From an uncultured Myxococcales bacterium (GTDB lineage: Bacteria > Myxococcota_A > UBA9042 > DTJE01): a stretch of 64,000 nt of DNA. A program made the position numbers and the translations under genes. Each line of letters starts with the position of its first letter. Position 1 is the first letter of the stretch. Below, in pieces: positions 63,477 to 64,000 of this stretch. The stretch spans positions 4,121 through 68,120 of the forward strand of contig CAINDP010000153.1 in NCBI GenBank assembly GCA_903847405.1. The letters run 5' to 3'. Under the pieces are notes generated by a model. It had not been told where the DNA came from, did not search any database, and saw only the letters and a list, made by a program, of their open reading frames with translations.

Positions 63477-64000
63477 CAGCGCGCCTCCGCCAACCGGCCG
63501 TCGTCCAGGCGCCACCCCAGGTCCGTCGCGCCGGAAAGGCGAGCGTCATGCGTGGCCACAACGACGACGGCCCCCCTGCGCGCCGCAGCCTGGACCGCGT
63601 CCACGACGCGCATCACCCCCGCGTCGTCCTGGTGCGCAGTCGGCTCGTCCAGCAGCAGGTACCTCGGCGCCCCGACCAGCGCCCGGGCAAGGCCGACACG
63701 CTGGCGCTCGCCGCCGGAAATCGACGACGGGTGCCGGTCGGCGACATGCGCCGCCCCGGCGGCCTCCAGGGCCGCGTGCGCCTGTTCCACCGCCGCACGG
63801 ATGTCGCGTTCCAGGGGGATGCGCGGGGCCATGACGTTTTCCAGAACCGTCAGGCCCTCCAGGAACACCGGCACCTGGAGCCCCAGGCCGACCTGCCGGC
63901 GCCAGCGATCGCGATGCGCCGCGATCCACGACGACACCGGCTGGCCCTCCGCGAGGACCCGTCCCTCGTCCGGCCGCAGCAGCGACGCCAGCACGTGGAG
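63476..64000 (-). CDS. ABC transporter ATP-binding protein, C-terminal part (N-terminus beyond window end)
   Basis: ABC signature ISGGERQRVGLARAL, Walker B LLLDEPTAHQD, H-loop VVVATHD. Confidence 0.75.
   Translation of the reverse strand, partial: LHVLASLLRPDEGRVLAEGQPVSSWIAAHRDRWRRQVGLGLQVPVFLEGLTVLENVMAPRIPLERDIRAAVEQAHAALEAAGAAHVADRHPSSISGGERQRVGLARALVGAPRYLLLDEPTAHQDDAGVMRVVDAVQAAARRGAVVVVATHDARLSGATDLGWRLDDGRLAEAR

Noticed and set aside
62395-63834. ORFs 62395..63561(-) and 62815..63834(+)
   Set aside because: Alternate frame/antisense of membrane protein and ABC ATPase; RGP-rich

Overview
This window is high-GC (about 70%) with dense coding. It looks myxobacterial: there are TIGR02232-type cysteine-rich repeat lipoproteins, acidic DPG-rich linkers, several sigma-54 activators and PAS hybrid kinases.

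Part 1 (1-11.2 kb) is a coherent alpha-glucan/maltodextrin utilisation locus: a GH15 fragment, two GH13 alpha-amylase lipoproteins (one with CBM48), a LamB-type maltoporin, and MalK-MalE::MalF(fused)-MalG. A multiheme cytochrome lipoprotein, TetR, an SDR, a GH32 fructosidase, cysteine-rich secreted proteins, a group-2 sigma factor, an RRM protein and two hybrid histidine kinases follow, up to 25 kb.

Part 2 (25-64 kb) is an accessory-looking redox/sulfur/Fe-S island.

(i) An HK/NtrC-type two-component operon sits directly upstream of a sigma-54 promoter with conserved enhancer palindromes. That promoter drives small secreted proteins carrying DxDGDGxxD (TSP3/EF-hand-like) Ca-binding motifs plus an OM beta-barrel. 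The whole promoter+UAS+gene module is duplicated at 39.7-40.3 kb.

(ii) An ArsR-headed five-gene minus-strand operon encodes an octaheme (tetrathionate-reductase-family) cytochrome c, a heptaheme cytochrome c::cytochrome b fusion, and a split YedE/YeeE sulfur transporter with a rhodanese domain.

(iii) The thiol/disulfide genes are TrxA, DsbD-Trx, Trx-Grx, two DsbA-like proteins, a rhodanese-MauE/DoxX-DsbA module, an SQR-like flavoprotein and a tandem FGE-domain lipoprotein.

(iv) An anaerobe-type cluster comprises a DUF134 regulator, DUF1847, an MBL hydrolase, two NifX-like proteins and two MinD-type ATPases with inserted 4Fe-4S ferredoxin domains. There are also two roughly 90%-identical Mrp/NBP35 paralogs, one fused to a NifX domain.

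Other elements are a HicB-HicA pair, a B12/radical-SAM enzyme and recurring palindromic motifs (GGGCA-N2-TGCCC three times; TGATATATCA). No rRNA, tRNA, CRISPR, transposase or integrase was recognised.

Many long alternative-frame ORFs in the track are GC-skew artefacts and were rejected. Start coordinates were fixed by frame arithmetic against the ORF track. Non-coding motif positions may be off by 1-2 nt.
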